In this document: piece by piece, positions 44,063 to 58,819 of the stretch | Layout of the letters: every line of letters starts with the position of its first letter | Numbering within the stretch: the stretch's first letter is position 1 | Program-made: the position numbers and the translations under genes | The notes under the pieces: generated by a model | The model's input: the letters and a program-made list of their open reading frames with translations, nothing else | What the model was told of the DNA's origin: nothing | The model's database searches: none | NCBI GenBank assembly: GCA_964016885.1 | Contig: OZ024750.1 | Coordinates: 27,094,001 to 27,158,000 of the forward strand | Direction of reading: 5' to 3' | Length of the DNA: 64,000 nt | Source: Eledone cirrhosa | Taxonomy: Eukaryota

Positions 44063-44228
44063 AGGGAAAGAGAGAGCGAGAGAGAAAGAGAGGCGGGCAG
44101 ACAGACAGACAGAAAGATTACTGCAAACCATGCTACCTGACGTACTAGGTAGGATTTATGGCGTATGGTAAATTCTTGGAGATTCCTCAGGATTAACGCA
44201 GCCTAATGACTGGCACCAATGAAATCAA

Positions 44229-44355
<127 letters not shown>

Positions 44356-45505
44356 TGTCTCAATACGGAGAAGTAGCGGTTCTACCTAGAACGACACCCT
44401 GATCTATGGGTTCTGCACTTTATAGAATTACGTTACTCTAAAGAACTTTCTAAACTTATGTAACTAAATACTGTCGTTGAGATTCTTTCATTGTTAAGAT
44501 TTCGGAGTATACGGCTACTATTATATCAGTCTTAATGCTTCTCTTGTACTTTATTTCATGCAGTTTCATTAAGGTGAAAAGCAAAGTGGACCTCGGCAGA
44601 ATTTCACTGAGAACGTAAAGGGAAGTAACTAAATACGGTAAAACATTTAGACCGGCATCCATTGATTCTACGATTAGACTGACAACATTACCGATAATAA
44701 CAACAATTTCAGGTTAGAGTGATAAGTAAACTTACAAGAAAGTTTAATGTCTGCAGTGCTTTAGACACGGCGAGGGAAATAGTAGAAAAACAAAATATAT
44801 AAAGGTGATATATAAATATATAAAAAGGAGGAAATTATGTGTACAGGCGTCATATATAAACATTAAGAAATAAAAACAATAAAAAGTAAAATATAATAGT
44901 ATGGAATATTAGAAAGGTGATAGGGAGTGGTGGTGGTGGTGTATGAGGAAGAGAAAGAGGGTGGTGGCGTGTGAGGAAGAAAACAGGAATGACAGAGTGT
45001 GAGGAAGAGAAAGGGAATGGCGGAGCGTGATGAAGAGAAAGGGAATGGTGGTGTAGGAGGAAAAATAAAGAAGCCAAACAGGGGAGATAACAAACGATGA
45101 ACATATCTAGAAAATATAAGTTGGCTGGTAAAAATGTAGACTGACGGGTCGGGTCTCCGTTTAAGTTAGTTAATGGCGCCACTAAACATTACCAAAATGA
45201 ATAACTCATCAGATTTGCCAAAGCTATGGCTCCCAGTTAAGGCGCGCATGACGACATCCTTCAGTGATAAGGTAGGCAGCCATTACAAGTAGTGACGCCA
45301 GTATGCTGTATAAAATAAGTCGTCTGGCTGACGACATATTTAAAGCCATAACATCTCGGTGGATATTGACACAGAAATAGGTGACAATTGTTTCTTTTAA
45401 ATAAATAATTATTATATTAATTTACACATTCACACGCTTACAAAAACACACACGCACACACATATACACACAGACATATACTCACATGCATACATACACA
45501 CGTAC

Positions 45506-45551
<46 letters not shown>

Positions 45552-46197
45552 CCCACACATACATACACCCACACATACATATACCCACACATGCATACAC
45601 CCACACATACATACACCCACACATACATACACCCACACATACATGCACCCACATACATATACCCATACATACATATATCCACACACATACACACACACAC
45701 GTACAGACATACATAGTGTTCATGATAAGTGGATTTTATTGTTGGTGATGGAGCTAGTGCTGGTGGTGGTGGTGGGGATGCTATTGCTGATCTTGGTGGT
45801 AGTAGTGGTAGTAGTGTTAGTGGTGTTAGTGGTGGTTCAATACCAAGTGCAGTACTTTAGTATTGTATTGAGTCATCGATTTAGGAGAATAAAATCGATC
45901 ATATCGACCCCAAAATTTCTTCCATGTGTGATATTTTATCGATCACTGTTTTGGCAAATCACTAAGTTACAGAATATATACACAAATATTAACATGGACA
46001 CACACACATACACACACATACACACACATACACACACACTGACAAACACACATGTACACACAAACGCTGACAAACACACACACTGGAGTTAGAATGTATT
46101 TGTAGAAAGCGTCACAGTGAGACTCAACTCGAAACCACTTGGTTGAAGAACTAACACCTGAACCACACATCCATTCTTTCGACGTACATTTGATTAA

Positions 46198-46412
46198 GAG
46201 TATCTTCCTTATCTAGAGGTCCTTAACAAAGTCCCTTCTTTACCTAGAGGTCCTTAACATAGTCTGCTCCTTACCAAGAGGTCCTTAACAAAGTCCCCTC
46301 CTTACCTAGCGACCCTTAATAGAGTCCCTTCCTTACCAAGAGGTCCTTAACAGAGTCCCTTCTTTACATAGAAGTCCTTAACAGAGTCCCTTCTTTACCT
46401 ACAGGTCCTTAA
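46198..46412. repeat. 31-bp minisatellite, about 7 units
   Basis: Recurring ttacctagaggtccttaacagagtccc at 31-bp spacing. Confidence 0.9.
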
Positions 46413-46594
46413 TGACAATATTTGACCAATGATACTTCATCTTCTTACTTTAGTATTTTGCTGGGAACTGACCCTGAAGAAATTAGATCACCGGAAGTCA
46501 CACCTTCAGTATTATCAATATTGTTATTATTATGCTGATTAATAACAGTAATGTTATTCTAGAAAGTAGTATTACTATTATTACTACTATTGAG

Positions 46595-47615
46595 TCAAAG
46601 GTTGGCAGAGTCGGGAGAGCGTCGGACAACTGCTTAGCAGTGTTTGTTCCGGATCTTTACGTTTTGAGTTCAAATCCCGACGAGGTCAAGGGAGATAAAT
46701 TAAAGTACCAGAAACACACTAAGGTCGATTTAAGCGAGTGCCCACTCCCCTTCAAATTGCTGGCCTTGTACCTAAATCAGAAATCCTTATTATTACTCCT
46801 GACAACAAGTACAAGAGTTACATGAGCTGGTGTAGTAAGGAACAGTTTCAGCACTCAGTCATATGAAGAAGGGTGGTAGGTGCAAAAAGTCAAACTCGCT
46901 ATCTTCTGTTCGGTATTCGTGGCAACCATTACCTATGGTCCTGGGTCTTAGATAGGATGCTCCTAAAAGCGTATCTGAGGATTCTACCACCACGAATCTC
47001 CTAGGTTTTAAATGGGCAAGAAGGCTACGAAGGCGAGGAAAACAACGGAGACGAAGACGACGAAGAAGAAGAAGCAATGTCTAACAATATTTGCCTTACG
47101 TATGTGATGTAGTCTGAACATTGTTGAAACTATTCTAATCCCTGATGTTTCTATATTGGTGGATTGGCAGCATCGGTAGGGGGTCGGAAGAATTATGGCC
47201 CTTTAACTCTGCCTTTCATCCTTACGGGGTCGATAAAATAAAGTACCAGTAATGCACTGGATTAATTGCTTGCCTTGTGCCAAAAGTTGAAATAAATATT
47301 TAAGATAAAATGTTACAAATGTTAATAGCGGTGGTTTGGCAGTATCGGTAGAGCGTAGGACACCATGCTTTGCAGCATAGAGTTATGGCCCATTACGGTC
47401 TGAGTTCAAATTCCGCCGAGGTTAACTTTGCCTTTCATCCTTACGGGGTCGATAAAATAAAGTACCAGTAATGCACTGTGATAATTGCTGGCCTTGTGCC
47501 AAAAGTAGAAACAATTATTATTATTTATAATTAAAGGCTGGTAGATTGGCAGTAATCGGTAGAGCATCAGATAACATGATTTGTGGGATAGAGTTATGGC
47601 CATTTACCTTCTGAA
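46595..47615 (+). mobile_element. SINE cluster (46595-46797, 47157-47300, 47327-47527, partial 47535-47615) around an RTE remnant (46800-47075)
   Basis: SINE core motifs; the remnant reads KVKLAIFCSVFVATITYG and ends in (GAA)n. Confidence 0.78.
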
Positions 47616-47679
47616 AATAAATTCCAAAATCCTGAGTACCTTTTTTTTTTCAACGTTTTTATTGATATTTTCGTTTGTA

Positions 47680-48050
47680 AATTATAAAATACCATTCATT
47701 AAAAAATAATTATAAAATACCATTTTTTTTAAAATAATTATAAAATACCATTTATTTAAAAATAATTATAAAATACCATTTATTTAAAACTAATTATAAA
47801 ATACCATTTATTTAAACATAATTATAAAATACCATTTATTTAAAAATAATTATAAAATACCATTTATTTAAAAATAATTATAAAATACCATTTATTTAAA
47901 AATAATTATAAAATACCATTTATTTAAAAATAATTATATAATACCATTTATTTAAAAATAATTATATAATACCATTTATTTAAAAATAATTATAAAATAC
48001 CATTTATTTAAAAATAATTATAAAATACCATTTATTTAAAAATAATTAAG
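47680..48050. repeat. 28-bp AT-rich minisatellite
   Basis: aattataaaataccatttatttaaaaat, about 13 units. Confidence 0.95.
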
Positions 48051-48122
48051 AAAATAATAATTATAACCAGAAACGTTATAATTATTATTGTCAAAAATCT
48101 TTTATTTAATATGAAAATTGTA

Positions 48123-48310
48123 AATAATTGTTTCTACTTTTGGCACAAGGCCAGCAATTATACCAGTGTATTACTGGTTCTTTATTTTATCGACCTCGTA
48201 AGGATGAAAGGCAAAGTTAACCTCGGCGGGATTTGAACTCAGACCGTAAAGGGGCATAACTCTATGCTACAAAGCATGGTGTCAGGCGCTCTACCGATAC
48301 TGCCAATCCC
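48123..48310 (-). mobile_element. Full-length SINE (others at 40386-40582 -, 43207-43316 -, 50755-50943 -, 53945-54258 +)
   Basis: Close match to the family consensus. Confidence 0.88.
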
Positions 48311-48697
48311 GATTTCTAATTTAGGCGCAAAGCCAGCAATTTTGCTATTTCATTATAAACAACATCGTAAAATGTTTGTCTTTCTCATTTACTCGTTCAT
48401 TCTTTATTTTTCCTTAATTCATTCTCTCCCTCTCTTTCTTTCACCATCATTTTCTCCTACACACAATCTCATTCTCTCTCTCACCCTATAGACTTTCACT
48501 CTCTCCCTTTCTCTTTCCCTCTCTCTCTCATCTTCTATCTCTTTCACTATCTCCTTCTCTTTTTCTCTCTCTCACCCTCTAACACATTCACTCACTCTCT
48601 CTCTATATATATTTCGCCGTATTTCATCTTTTATATAAACCAACTGATGTTTTTTTCTTCCCATCAACTGCCGTTTTACACAACCAATATTTCATAC

Positions 48698-49118
48698 AAT
48701 GTTGTCGCTGTTGCTACTGTTGTTGTTGTTTTGTTGTTGTTGTTGTTGTTGTTGTTGTGGTTATTGTTGTTGTTGTTGTTATTGCTACTGTTGTTGTTGT
48801 TGCTGTTGCTGCTGCTGTTGTGTCTGTTGTTGTTGCTGTTGATGTTGTCCTTGTTGCTCTTATTGCTGTTGTTGTTGCTGTTGTTGTTGTTGTTGTTGCT
48901 GCTGTTGCTGTTGTTGTTGTTGCTGTTGCTGCTGTGTCTGTTGTTGTTGTTGCTGTTGTTGTTGTCCTTGTTGCTCTTTTTGTTGTTGTTGTTGCTGTTG
49001 TTGTTGTTGTTGTTGCTGCTGTTGCTGTTGCTGTTGCTGCTGATGTTGTTGTTGTTGTCACTGCTGTTGTTGCTGTTGTTGCTGCTGCTGTTGCTATTGC
49101 TATTGTTGCTGCTGATGA
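48698..49118. repeat. (GTT/GCT)n trinucleotide tract with an internal duplication
   Basis: The motifs tgtgtctg and gtccttgttgctct each recur about 115 bp apart. Confidence 0.92.
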
Positions 49119-49204
49119 TGGAATTGTGTGTCATCTGGATTCAAAGTTCCATTTCCATCCCTACCAGGTTATTCTGGGGTTCACTTATGTGTATTCCATT
49201 CCCC

Positions 49205-49283
<79 letters not shown>

Positions 49284-49464
49284 GCCCCCACTGTGCCACA
49301 CTAAACTAAAATTTAGATATTGAACCCCCCCCCCCCTCACCACCAACAAACTAAACAAAAAACAATTAACACAAATTACAGCTTTTTCTGGGTAATTAGG
49401 CGAAATAATGGTTTAAATTTTAAGTACAAAACCCGGAATTAGTCGGTTTCGTAACGGGCTGGTG

Positions 49465-49800
49465 GTTCTTTTGGGCGGGTTATTGGCTGGAAGAGGCCCC
49501 GCGGTGGGCCACACGGCAGGCCCAGGCACAGGCACAGGCCCCGCACCAGATGGCTGGATATCATCAGGGAAGATCTCCGGAAGCTCGACATTACCTTGGA
49601 GGATGCAGAGGAGCTGGCGTGGGACCGCCAGCTATGGAGGGCGCTGGTGGGCCCGGTCAGCTCCGCACACGACCAGGCTTTGGGATCGTTTGCTTAGGAT
49701 GACCCTGGCCTCGTTGAGCAAGAGCAAGAAGAAGAAGAAGAAGAAGAAGAAGAAGAAGAAGAAGAAGAAGAAGAAGAAGAAGAAGAAAAAGAAGAAGACG
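49465..49800 (+). mobile_element. RTE-like LINE 3' end with (AAG)n tail
   Basis: GRPR...RPRTRWLDIIREDLRKLDITLEDAEELAWDRQLWRALV. Confidence 0.82.
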
Positions 49801-50095
49801 AACGATTAGGGATAGGTGGGGGTGAAAATCGATTATAGCTACACCAGTACATTACTGTTACTATTTGTATCGATCCCGGGGTGGGGTGGAGTGGACTTCT
49901 ATGGGATTTTAAACTAGAATGGAGATAGCAGTAACAAAATACCGCAAGGTATTTGTCCAACTCCCTCTCTAAGGAATGTGTCAACCCACAACCCCCTAAT
50001 TAGACGAAATAATATCATACTGTGTTGGTGAATTCCCTATACTAGCAGAAGGGAACTACAGACGTGACGGCTAAGTTGTTTACTGTGTTTACTAG

Positions 50096-50183
<88 letters not shown>

Positions 50184-50363
50184 AGACGCAGCTACAAGCC
50201 CCTTAATGTTGTAACACATATGGGAACATGACATCATTTGGGATACAGATGTCAATACATTTAGAACAATTAAAGCTAATGGCCTAGATACCATCATATA
50301 GAACAAGAATATTTGCCATGCCACTTAATATATGTATTTATTATTGTACACACAGACACACAC

Positions 50364-50407
<44 letters not shown>

Positions 50408-50440
50408 GCACTTATATATAGCTATCTATATATATATAAA

Positions 50441-50513
<73 letters not shown>

Positions 50514-50573
50514 GCATATATATAAAAATATATATAAGGGCTCTTATATATAGCTATCTATATATATAAGGGC

Positions 50574-50604
<31 letters not shown>

Positions 50605-52044
50605 CAGAGAGAGAGAGATGACATATACATAATTAAAGAAAGAAATCTCGTCTCTTAAGATAAGTGAGTACATTGATAAAGAATGCATAGAATGTTGGAT
50701 GTTAGGAAATACCAGTAATTGTTGTACCTATTACAATAGAAGTTCTGGCTATTAATAATTGTTTCTACATTTGACACAAGGCCAGCAATTACCCCATTGT
50801 ATTACTGGTGCTTTATTTTATCGACCCCGTAAGGATGGAAGGCAAAGTTAACCTCGGTGGGATTTGAACTCAGACCGTAAAGGGCCGTAATTCTATGCTG
50901 CAAAGCATGGTGTCCGACCCCCTACCGATGCTGCCAATCCACCAATATAGAAACACTAGGGATTAGAATAGTTTCAACAATGTTCAGACAACATCACATA
51001 CGTAAAGCAAATTTTGTTAGACATTGCTTCTTCTTCTTCGTCGTCTTCGTCTCCGTTGTTTTCCTCGCCTTCGTAGCCTTCTTGCCCATTTAAAACCTGG
51101 GAGATTCGTGGTGGTAGAATCCTCAGATACGCTTTTAGGAGCATCCTATCTAAGACTCAGGACCATAGGTAATGGTTGCCACGAATACCGAACAGAAGAT
51201 AGCGAGTTTGACTTTTTGCACCTACCACCCTTCTTCATATGACTGAGTGCTGAAACTGTTCCTTACTACACCAGCTCATGTAACTCTTGTACTTGTTGTC
51301 AGGAGTAATATTAAGGATTTCTGATTTAGGCACACGGCCAGCAATTTGAAGGGGAGGGGGCAGACGCTTAAATCGACCTTAGTGTGTTTCTGGTACTTTA
51401 TTTTATCTCCCTTGAAAGGATGAAAGACAAAATTGTTTGCATTTATTTGTCCGTTAAGCGGGTTGTTGGATTCTATAAAGTTTGGGATTAATTTAACCCT
51501 TTAGTATTTACATTACTCTATATTTACAATTATATTTTCATGGTAAAGGCTTTACCTCACATAATTATCTCACGATGTGAGATTTTTGTATTATTTATTT
51601 TGAGAACAATACCGTTAAATCAGTATGAGTGGCCAGTTACAGCAGGTTTAAACAGAAACAGGTGAAAGAATTCTGGCCGGATACGGGCGATTTAAAAGCT
51701 AAAGGGTAATTTCAGGGTTTAAATTTATTTGAGTCTAGTTTTAATATTAAGGATATGGATTATTTCAGTGGGTTTCACCAGTTATTAGAACTCAAAGTTA
51801 AAAAGTGTGACACCAAGAAAAACGACCAAGAGAGTGGCCATACATGTACCACAACAGTAAATACAAATTGTGTGTGTGTGTTAGTGAGTGTGTGTGTGTT
51901 AGTGAGTGTGTGTGTGTGTTAGTGAGTGTGTGCCTATGTCATCATTAAAAGTCATACTCTCATAAACATATCTAATCACATGACACTGAAGAAGATGCAT
52001 GTGTGTGTTCAGTGTAGGCCATGCCTTGCATACCGTGATAAACA

Positions 52045-52140
<96 letters not shown>

Positions 52141-52458
52141 CAGCAGTAGTAGTAATAATAATAGTAATATTAATAATAATATTAGGATGATTGAAGATCC
52201 ATGAAATTGTAGCAAAATATTTACACTTTCATTGATATTCATTCATACGTCACATATTATTAAAATTAACTATGCGCTATGTGGCGGTTATATGGTTTGT
52301 ATACTTAAGATCTTCTACCCACCAGCCCGACACATTTGGTGCCTAATCAGTAGATGATTTCTGACAGCTCAGAGGGTGTCTATTATCACTTAGGCACATG
52401 TCGAATAACCCTTACCCACATCTGTAGTTGCTTCGCCTCGCTAACTGATTCTACTATG

Positions 52459-52486
<28 letters not shown>

Positions 52487-52489
<3 letters not shown>

Positions 52490-53120
52490 AGTGGAAGCCT
52501 AGTAAAATCGAAGCTTTGGCTGTGGGCAAGCAAAGTCGACCTACAATAGGAATGAGTTAGCAAAGCACTCAATAGCACTTAGATTAATAACAAACCACAC
52601 AATACCAAAGTAACGAAAGAACTATCAGGTTAAAAGATACACCTGGACAAATCAAACGATATACGTCTAAAGTGTTTCTATGAATCCGAAATCATTTATC
52701 CAACTTACGTAACAGGCACGCTCGTGGTATTCCATGATTGAACTGAGGATTCATTTCATCAACAGGCATTCCGTTCTGCCATAAATCGGAGTAAACAAGC
52801 TAAATGCGGCTGCTAAGAATACAGCCAGCGAACACTTAATTGCCACGTGTTATTTCCAACAAGGGAAGCAACCCCGGCTTTTGGCGGGTAGATTCAAAGT
52901 GTTAACAAAGGAATTATTATAATTTCCGAATAAAAAGCTCTCAACCAGATGTTATTAAACAAACACAAATAATTAACCAATCAACAGAATTGTCTAATTA
53001 AATTAATTAGTTAATTATTAAATCTAGGAGAAAATAATACAAGTGGAAGCTTAGTAAAATCGAAGCTATGGCTGTGGGCAAGCAAAGTCAACCTATAATA
53101 GGAATGAGTTAGCAAAGCAC
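52487..53120 (-). mobile_element. Partial-tandem pLTR-like element (552-bp unit), right arm only
   Basis: 82-bp direct repeats at 52487 and 53039; sits in the (TA)n that is empty at 41882-41900; degenerate tTGATGA...GAAAC motif on -. Confidence 0.65.
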
Positions 53121-54767
53121 ATATATATGTATGTGTGTGTGTGTGTGTATGTGCGTGTGTGTGGGAGTATGTGTGTTTGTGTGTATGTGTATGTGTGTGT
53201 GTGTGTGTGTAAATATGTGTTCATTATATACATTACACACACACACACACGCAGACATATATATATGCATGTATATGTATGTATATATGTACGCACACAC
53301 ACATGTGTGTGTATTACGCTACTTATATCTCTAAAAACGTAACATCCCAGATGTTGCTGAATCAAATTCTTTTTAATCAATACAATATTGATCATACAGC
53401 ATCAATATTTACCATAGGACATCAATACTGATCATAGGATATCAATACTGACCATAGGATATCAATACTGATCATAGGACATTAATACTGACCATAGGAT
53501 ATCGATAATGGCCATAGAACACCAATACTGACCATAGAACACCAATATTGAACATAGGACATCAATATGGACCATACAACATCGATATTGATCATAAGCC
53601 ATCAATATTGACCATACAACACCAATATGGAACATAGGACACCAATATTGACCATAGGAGATCAATATTGACCATACGACATCAATATTGACCATAGGAC
53701 ACCAATATTGACCACACAACATCAATACTGACCATACGACATCAATACTGACCATACAACATCGGTATTGACAATAGGAAATCAACACTGACCATACACC
53801 ATCTATATTGACCATACGACACCAATATTGACCATAGGACACCAATATTGACCATATGACATCAATATTGACCATAAGAGATCAATATTGACAATACCAC
53901 ATCGATATTGACCATATGACATCAATATTGACCATACGACAACAGCGTCGGACACTATGCTTTGCGGAATATAGTTCTGACCCTTTACGTTCTCAGTTCA
54001 AATAATATCGATGTTAGCTTTGCCTTTCACCCTTACCCTTAATCGACTTTCCCCTCCCCCAAACTGTTGGCCTTCTTCTTAAATCATAAACTTTTATTCG
54101 GGCCTTCTGACTCCAAAACTTACCGAGATTAGCTTTGCCTTTCATCTTTACAGGGTCGATAAAATAAAGTACCAGTAACGCACTGGGGTCGATTTAATCG
54201 ACTTTCTCCTTCTCTCTCCACGTTGCTGGCCTTGTTCCCAATGTAGAAACAATTATTATAATAGATTTGATTACTTAATCTCCATCTTATTACAGTTATT
54301 TGATATACAAAAGTATAATATAATAAACATTTAATCTCTCTCCCTTTATTGAAACAATTATACGTGAAATCGGAAACTTGATAACAACAAACACTTTCTT
54401 CTTTATTTCAATTTCATATATTGTTTCTTTTATCCTTCCTGCTTTCTTCCATTCTTTCTTCCTTACTTTCTTTCTTTCTTTTTTTTCTCTCTCTTTCTTT
54501 CTTTTCTCTTTCTTTCTTTCTTTTTTTCTTTTTTTCTCTCTTTCTTTCTTTCTTTCTTTCTTTCGTTCTTTCTTTCTTTCTTTCTTTCTTTCTATCTTTC
54601 TTTCTTTTTGAACTCTCTAACATAATAGCATCAATAATTGGTGTTGTTGTTGTTGTTCTCATTAGATTCCTATCAATCCAGATTGAGCAGATTATATATG
54701 TTAATATGAAAGGAATTCCAGCCGTGTCCATCCCTTGTTTTCTTTCTCAAGTATAGTATCCCTCCCC

Positions 54768-54936
<169 letters not shown>

Positions 54937-55210
54937 AATAAATAGTAACAAAGAAAGGAATTCAGTAGAAAATGGTGGAGAGATTTTGTTTTCAGTATAA
55001 TATCAAAACACTTATTTATAAAGTGGGTATTTTCGCTTTTAATAGTGGTACCGGTTTCAGCATTAAATGCTTTTTCAACTGCGGATGTGAATAATGCAGT
55101 TAAGTTGCATATTCATATGAATGATAAAAAGTGGAAGAAAAATTAATAGTTTTTACATAAATAGAGAAGAGAGTTTATATTTCTGTCCGTGGTTATCCTT
55201 CGTTCTTGCC

Positions 55211-55330
<120 letters not shown>

Positions 55331-55865
55331 ATATATATATATATATAAAATAAAGTGTTGCAGTTTTACCAGATTTAAGTCGTTTGGATCTATTCGGGAC
55401 ATGTCAGGAAAATACATCTCTACTCTTTCTTCCCCTCGGTTTCATCTGCCACGACAGAACTGAAAATGCCAGGATTATTTCTCTTCCAATTCTGTATCAA
55501 TAAATAAATAAATTTATAATATTAAATCTAGAAGCTGATTCAGTAGCCAGCCTGACAGCCGAAATAGGTAGCACCAACAATTATTACTAGCATTAACAAC
55601 AGAAAGGCAACGTCAGCAACAGAGACAATAACAACCACCCGCATCTTCGGTGAAAGAAGGCATTTGAGCCACAGCAGCCATGCTGGCAGCCGAAATAGGA
55701 ATCAGTATCAACTACCATTGCCATTAACAAGAGGAGACATACGATAGCAGAAGTGACAATAACAACAACAACATATATGTGTATATACCAACATCATGGC
55801 AGCAATCACTACCACTACCATTAATAAGAGGAAGCCAACTCCGGCAACAGTGACAATAACAACTT

Positions 55866-58160
55866 TTGGGTATTTCCGCTAGGAACAACACTTCCATTCA
55901 TTCATTTATTTATTTCTACTTTCTAGTGTATCCCCTCCGTGCACCCCCTTCTCTTCGATCTTCTCTTCTGTTGCCTCCATATCTGGTGAGTTCCTGGCTG
56001 TCCTGTGACTCAAGCTTCCTGAGCCACCTGTTGACCTACCTCCACTCGACCACCACCTGCTCCGTGTGGCTTCCGTCTCTCATCAACTCCTTTCCAGCTA
56101 GCTGCAGCGGAGGTGCTGATGGTCTCCGATCTAGCCACCTCAAGGAGTTGCTATCCCCACTCTCCGCTGAGACCGGCCGCCGCCTTCTGAGTGCAATTGT
56201 GTCACCAATAGGCGTCCTGGATCCTAACGCCCGAGGCCTCTTTTTTTCGGCTTGCCTGACCGCTCCCAGGAAGAATAGGTTGTATACGCCCCATTGCTGT
56301 GGGTAATTTCTTCCGGAGGCTGGCTGGTAAGGTGGTCTGCATGTTCATAACACCTGAACTGGATGAGGAGTTCAGTCCGGTGCATCTGGGTGTCGGCGTG
56401 CCCGGTGGCTGTGAGGGGGCGCACATGCAACCAGGCAGTCTTCTACTGGAACCGGCATCCAGGGACTCCAGGCACCTCATTGTCAAGCTTGACATGAGGG
56501 ACCATCTGCTCGATGCCTATCTCAGCCGAACCCTCTCCAGCTACCCGCTGGCCTACCTGTCATATGGAGCCCCGAGCATGCTCCTTGCTGCTGATACGGT
56601 TACCTTCGGTCACTATAGGCCTACAGGGTGACCTTTTGATCCCCCTCCTGTTTGCGCTTGGTATAAACCTCATTGCCCGTAGTATCACGATCCCTCTCAA
56701 CGTTTGGTACCTGGATGATGCTACCCTGGAAGGCCCCGGGGAGACTGTCTTACATGACATTCAATCGGCCTCCAGGTCAACTCGTCCAAGTCGGATGTGG
56801 TGACTGTCAGCCATGATGCTGAGAGCTTTGCAGCTTCCGTCTCGGACGTGTCGCCCATTCTCCACCAGGTAGAGGTGACTCCCAAAGAAGATGTCCTCAT
56901 CCTCGGGTCACCGATCCACCTGCCGACCATCCGCTCCACCATCAGATCCAGGCTCCAAAAATTCTAGACCCTCACGAGCCGACTGGGCTTAATCGACGGC
57001 CAACCAGCTCTCTTCCTGTTGAGGAACTGCTTCGCCATGCGTAAGCTCCTCTGCACCCTTCGCATCGCTCGGTGCTACAGCCACGCATCTCTCCTTGCTG
57101 ATCTCGATACTTGTATCAGAGCGGCAGCCGAGGAGATATGCAACGTCAGGTTTGTTGATATTGGATGGCAACAGGCCACTTTACTTGTCAGATAGGGTGG
57201 CCTTGGCCTCCGGTCCCCGACCTCCCTCGCTTTGCCGGCGTTTCTTTCATCGGTAACCTCATGCCGCATCCTCATCAGCAGGGTTCTCCAAAACACAATG
57301 GATCCCTATATGGTCAAGGAACGAGACGTCGCCTTTGAGACGTGGAATCGGCTGGAACTTAGCACAGTAGACGTCCCTCCTCCTTCTCCCCCTGATGTAG
57401 TCATGTCCCCCCAAATCATTTGGGATGCCATCCAGTGCAGCCTGGCCTCAGACATGCTTATGCGCCAGCTCGACCAGTACCGCCTTGCCTGTTTTCGCGC
57501 GGCCTCCAAAACCCACAGTGGTGCCTGGCTCCATACCTGGCTCCCCTTTCACCAAGGCACGCATCTGGAAAACGATAACGTGCGTATCGGCGTTTGCTTA
57601 AGCTTGCCCTCTGGATCTCCGAGCCACAAAAATGTCGTTGTGGATCCATCATGGACACTTTCGGCCTACAACCGCTTTCCTGTCACCACAGTGCCAGCCG
57701 CCTTCCATGCTATGCTGTCCCCAACGAACTCATAAATACTGGTTTGCACGCTGCAGGCTTCCCTTCCCAACTCGAGGCGGTGGGGCTGGACCGAGGGGAC
57801 GGCAAAAGGCCAGACGGTATGACCATCATCCCGTTCCGCGGAGGCAAAACCCTCGTCTGGGTTGCCAGGTAGTGCTGCTCCTCGCTCTGAGGAGGTCAAT
57901 CTCACCAAGTACCAGTCGCCCTCCGACAAAGGAAACTTCTGGTGTCCTTGGCTCTAGGGCTACTTCTCTATTCTTCACCACCATAGGCGGTGTGTACATC
58001 TTGAGTTGGAATGGCTCTTCCAGAACATCTCCGTCACCATCCTCCGGGAAACGCCTCCTCCATTCTGTCCGCGGGGGCTGTGTGTGTGTGTGTGTGTGTG
58101 GAGAGGGGGGGGGGAAGCACTTAGGACCCCATTTGCTCACCGTACGGATTAAGATATATA
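55866..58160 (+). mobile_element. Duplicate of the CRE element, lacking about 0.85 kb of the 5' part
   Basis: About 92% identical in sampled windows; shares the same internal lesions (e.g. deletion after VKLDM); WYLDDATL intact. Confidence 0.88.
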
Positions 58161-58289
58161 ACCTCTCTTTTTCTTTTATTTACTCTTTTACAATTAAAAG
58201 GTTAGTCCTACATAATACTGAAGTAAAAAAAAATGCAAGTAAATTATATAGTGAAATAGAACATGTGTAATCTACTGATGTTTAGCACA

Positions 58290-58422
58290 AAGAGTGCACA
58301 CGTCGTCTCGAGACACTGAACGCTAACGATAATTCCGTTAGCATCGTCGAGAGGAACGTGGCGTTCAGACAAAATTTTCGGAGTCTTCCTCACTTTCGAT
58401 TTATAATTTAACCCGGCTTGCA
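58290..58422 (+). promoter_or_regulatory. Putative proximal promoter/5' UTR of the right EGF gene (mirror copy at 19684-19815)
   Basis: CpG-rich and nearly identical between arms, while flanking transposon DNA differs by about 8%. Contains the hairpin gctaacg-ataattc-cgttagc and a TTTATAA element at about 58400. Confidence 0.5.
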
Positions 58423-58486
58423 ATGTCCTCCCTTTCTATTGCTGGATTTATTATATTATTAACATGGCAGACCACTTTAGCAGATG
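58423..58486 (+). CDS. First coding exon (signal peptide) of a secreted or membrane EGF-repeat protein: MSSLSIAGFIILLTWQTTLAD + phase-1 G
   Basis: ATG at 58423, 21 codons with a hydrophobic core and a T-L-A cleavage-like motif, then a canonical donor G|GTAAGA. Phase 1 joins the exon at 61656 in frame (GAT G|AA TGC = D-E-C). Too short to appear in the ORF track. Confidence 0.8.
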
Positions 58487-58659
58487 GTAAGATAATAACT
58501 GATTTGTTATTTTATTCACTTATTTTATACTTTGAATTCTTGTCTGTCCTCAAATATTTTTCTCATTTTCATTAATACTGTCATGTTGTCACCTGATCCT
58601 CCAACCTAACAGGAGCGGGCACATTAATAGTTGACATGGAGTTAATAACCGTTGTAGTC

Positions 58660-58725
<66 letters not shown>

Positions 58726-58768
58726 ACTTACTCCACTATATATATATATATATACATATCTTTGTGTG

Positions 58769-58819
<51 letters not shown>

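Noticed and set aside
46859-47077. 72-aa ORF conserved between arms (mirror 51024-51242)
   Set aside because: Starts at TTG, and the opposite strand is an RTE remnant with a (GAA)n tail. Arm identity explains the conservation.
47327-47420. tRNA gene
   Set aside because: The A/B boxes belong to the SINE head; there is no cloverleaf and it is followed by the SINE core and tail.
48647-49323. Long poly-L/V/N/T ORFs
   Set aside because: A trinucleotide tract open in several frames on both strands, with no splice or domain support.
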